From an uncultured cyanobacterium (GTDB lineage Bacteria > Cyanobacteriota > Cyanobacteriia > Cyanobacteriales > Nostocaceae): a DNA stretch of 64,000 nt. Below, one piece after another: positions 62,876 to 64,000 of the stretch; the first letter of the stretch is position 1, and the number at the start of each line of letters is the position of its first letter. The position numbers and the translations under genes are program-made. The notes beneath the pieces are model-generated. The model was not told where the DNA came from, did not search any database, and worked only from the letters and a program-made list of their open reading frames with translations. The stretch spans positions 2,208,001-2,272,000 of the forward strand of contig CAVUDP010000002.1 of the NCBI GenBank assembly GCA_963740315.1, given 5' to 3'.

Positions 62876-62964
62876 AGTGATGTTAGTAAGATATCAAATC
62901 TACACTTATTTCTAACCTATAGTTTTATAACATCCCCTCCCTTACACTTGCTTATTTAATAATT

Positions 62965-63298
62965 GGAAATTGGGAATAGAGAGTTAGGACCACCGGAGTT
63001 AGGAGTTAGGACCACCGGAGTTAGGAGTTAGGACCACCGGAGTTAAGAGTTAAGAGTTAGGAGTTAGGAATTGGGAGTTAGGAATTGGGAGTTAGGACCA
63101 CCGGAATTGGGAGTTAGGACCACCGGAGTTAGGACCACCGGAGTGAGGAGTTAATAATTGCTAATTGTCCCCTTGTCCCCTTGTCCCCTTGTCCCCTTGT
63201 CCCCTTGTCCCCTTGTCCCCTTGTCCCCTTGTCCCCTTGTCCCCTTGTCCCCCTATCTCCCCATCTCCCCCTCTCCCCATCTCCCCATCACCCCTCTA
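62965..63298. repeat. STRR cluster: (GGAGTTA)n with GGACCACC inserts, about 10 TGTCCCCT units, CCCCMTCT units
   Basis: Tandem units directly visible between xfp and glgP. Confidence 0.95.
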
Positions 63299-64000
63299 CC
63301 GCTTCCACTTCCAATCGCGAATTTCGGGCATATCTTCGCCATGCTCGCGGACATATTGCTTGTGTTCGATCAGCTTGTTGTGCAGCATTTGCTTGACGTG
63401 AGCCGCTCTATATCTTAGATGGGGAACTCTGTCAATGGCATCATCTGCTAAATTAAAGCGGTCTAATTCGTTCAGAACCACCATATCAAAAGGTGTGGTT
63501 GTGGTTCCTTCTTCTTTGTAACCCCGGACGTGGAGGTTATTGTGATTTGTGCGACGATATGCTAAACGGTGAATCAACCAAGGATAACCGTGGAAGGCAA
63601 AAATCACTGGTTTATCTGTGGTGAAAATGCTGTCAAAGTCTTTGTCGCTCAAACCGTGGGGATGTTCGGTGTCTGGCTGTAGCGTCATTAAGTCTACTAC
63701 GTTTACTACTCTGATTTTTAATTCTGGAAAGTTATCCCGCAATATCTCTACTGCTGCTAAGGTTTCCAACGTGGGAACGTCGCCACAGCAAGCCATGACT
63801 ACATCTGGTTCGCTTCCTTGGTCGTTAGAAGCCCAACCCCAAATACCGATCCCTGTGGTGCAGTGTTTAACTGCTTCATCCATATTCAGATACTGTAAGG
63901 AGGGTTGTTTACCCGCTACAATCACGTTAACGTAATTGCGACTTCTTAAACAATGGTCTGTCACCGATAGCAGACAATTAGCATCGGGTGGTAAATATAC
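63296..64000 (-). CDS. xfp: Phosphoketolase, 3' part (gene begins beyond the window edge)
   Basis: Frame is open to the window end ([11 protein letters not shown]); [29 protein letters not shown] and [11 protein letters not shown] motifs. Confidence 0.96.
   Translation of the reverse strand, partial: VYLPPDANCLLSVTDHCLRSRNYVNVIVAGKQPSLQYLNMDEAVKHCTTGIGIWGWASNDQGSEPDVVMACCGDVPTLETLAAVEILRDNFPELKIRVVNVVDLMTLQPDTEHPHGLSDKDFDSIFTTDKPVIFAFHGYPWLIHRLAYRRTNHNNLHVRGYKEEGTTTTPFDMVVLNELDRFNLADDAIDRVPHLRYRAAHVKQMLHNKLIEHKQYVREHGEDMPEIRDWKWKR

Overview
This window is chromosomal DNA from a filamentous cyanobacterium, probably Nostocales/Rivulariaceae-like. That assignment is inferred from psbA, ppc, a ycf61-type rpoZ, abundant HIP1 GCGATCGC sites and many short tandem (STRR) repeats. 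From left to right it holds: (1) an AT-rich four-gene locus (SMR exporter, heme-oxygenase-like diiron protein, Cys-less class V PLP enzyme, GNAT); (2) psbA of the E130 type; (3) an MBOAT plus a large SGNH-like protein; (4) ppc and assorted housekeeping or unknown genes; (5) a metal-resistance island with copA/pacS, NDH-2, a frameshifted coaT-like ATPase, a MerR regulator, three MerR-type promoters and a CPA2-USP antiporter; (6) a PuuE-like gene plus an ureidoglycolate lyase-like gene; (7) a Septu/PtuAB-like ATPase-HNH pair with no reverse transcriptase; (8) rpoZ and tRNA-Pro(GGG); (9) two converging sugar catabolism/fermentation blocks (gap1-pyk-gpmA-tal-ackA and xfp-glgP-ldhA), which enclose a Zn-ribbon + coiled-coil/tandem winged-helix gene pair with a structured neighbouring region, sbcC and a metallophosphoesterase. 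Intergenic DNA carries at least five MITE/REP-like families, including one nested insertion with an 11-bp target duplication. No CRISPR array, rRNA, integrase or transposase gene was seen. The best candidates for an undescribed system are the diiron/PLP/GNAT/SMR cluster and the Zn-ribbon/tandem-wHTH pair. All family calls come from motif recognition by eye; no database searches were run.
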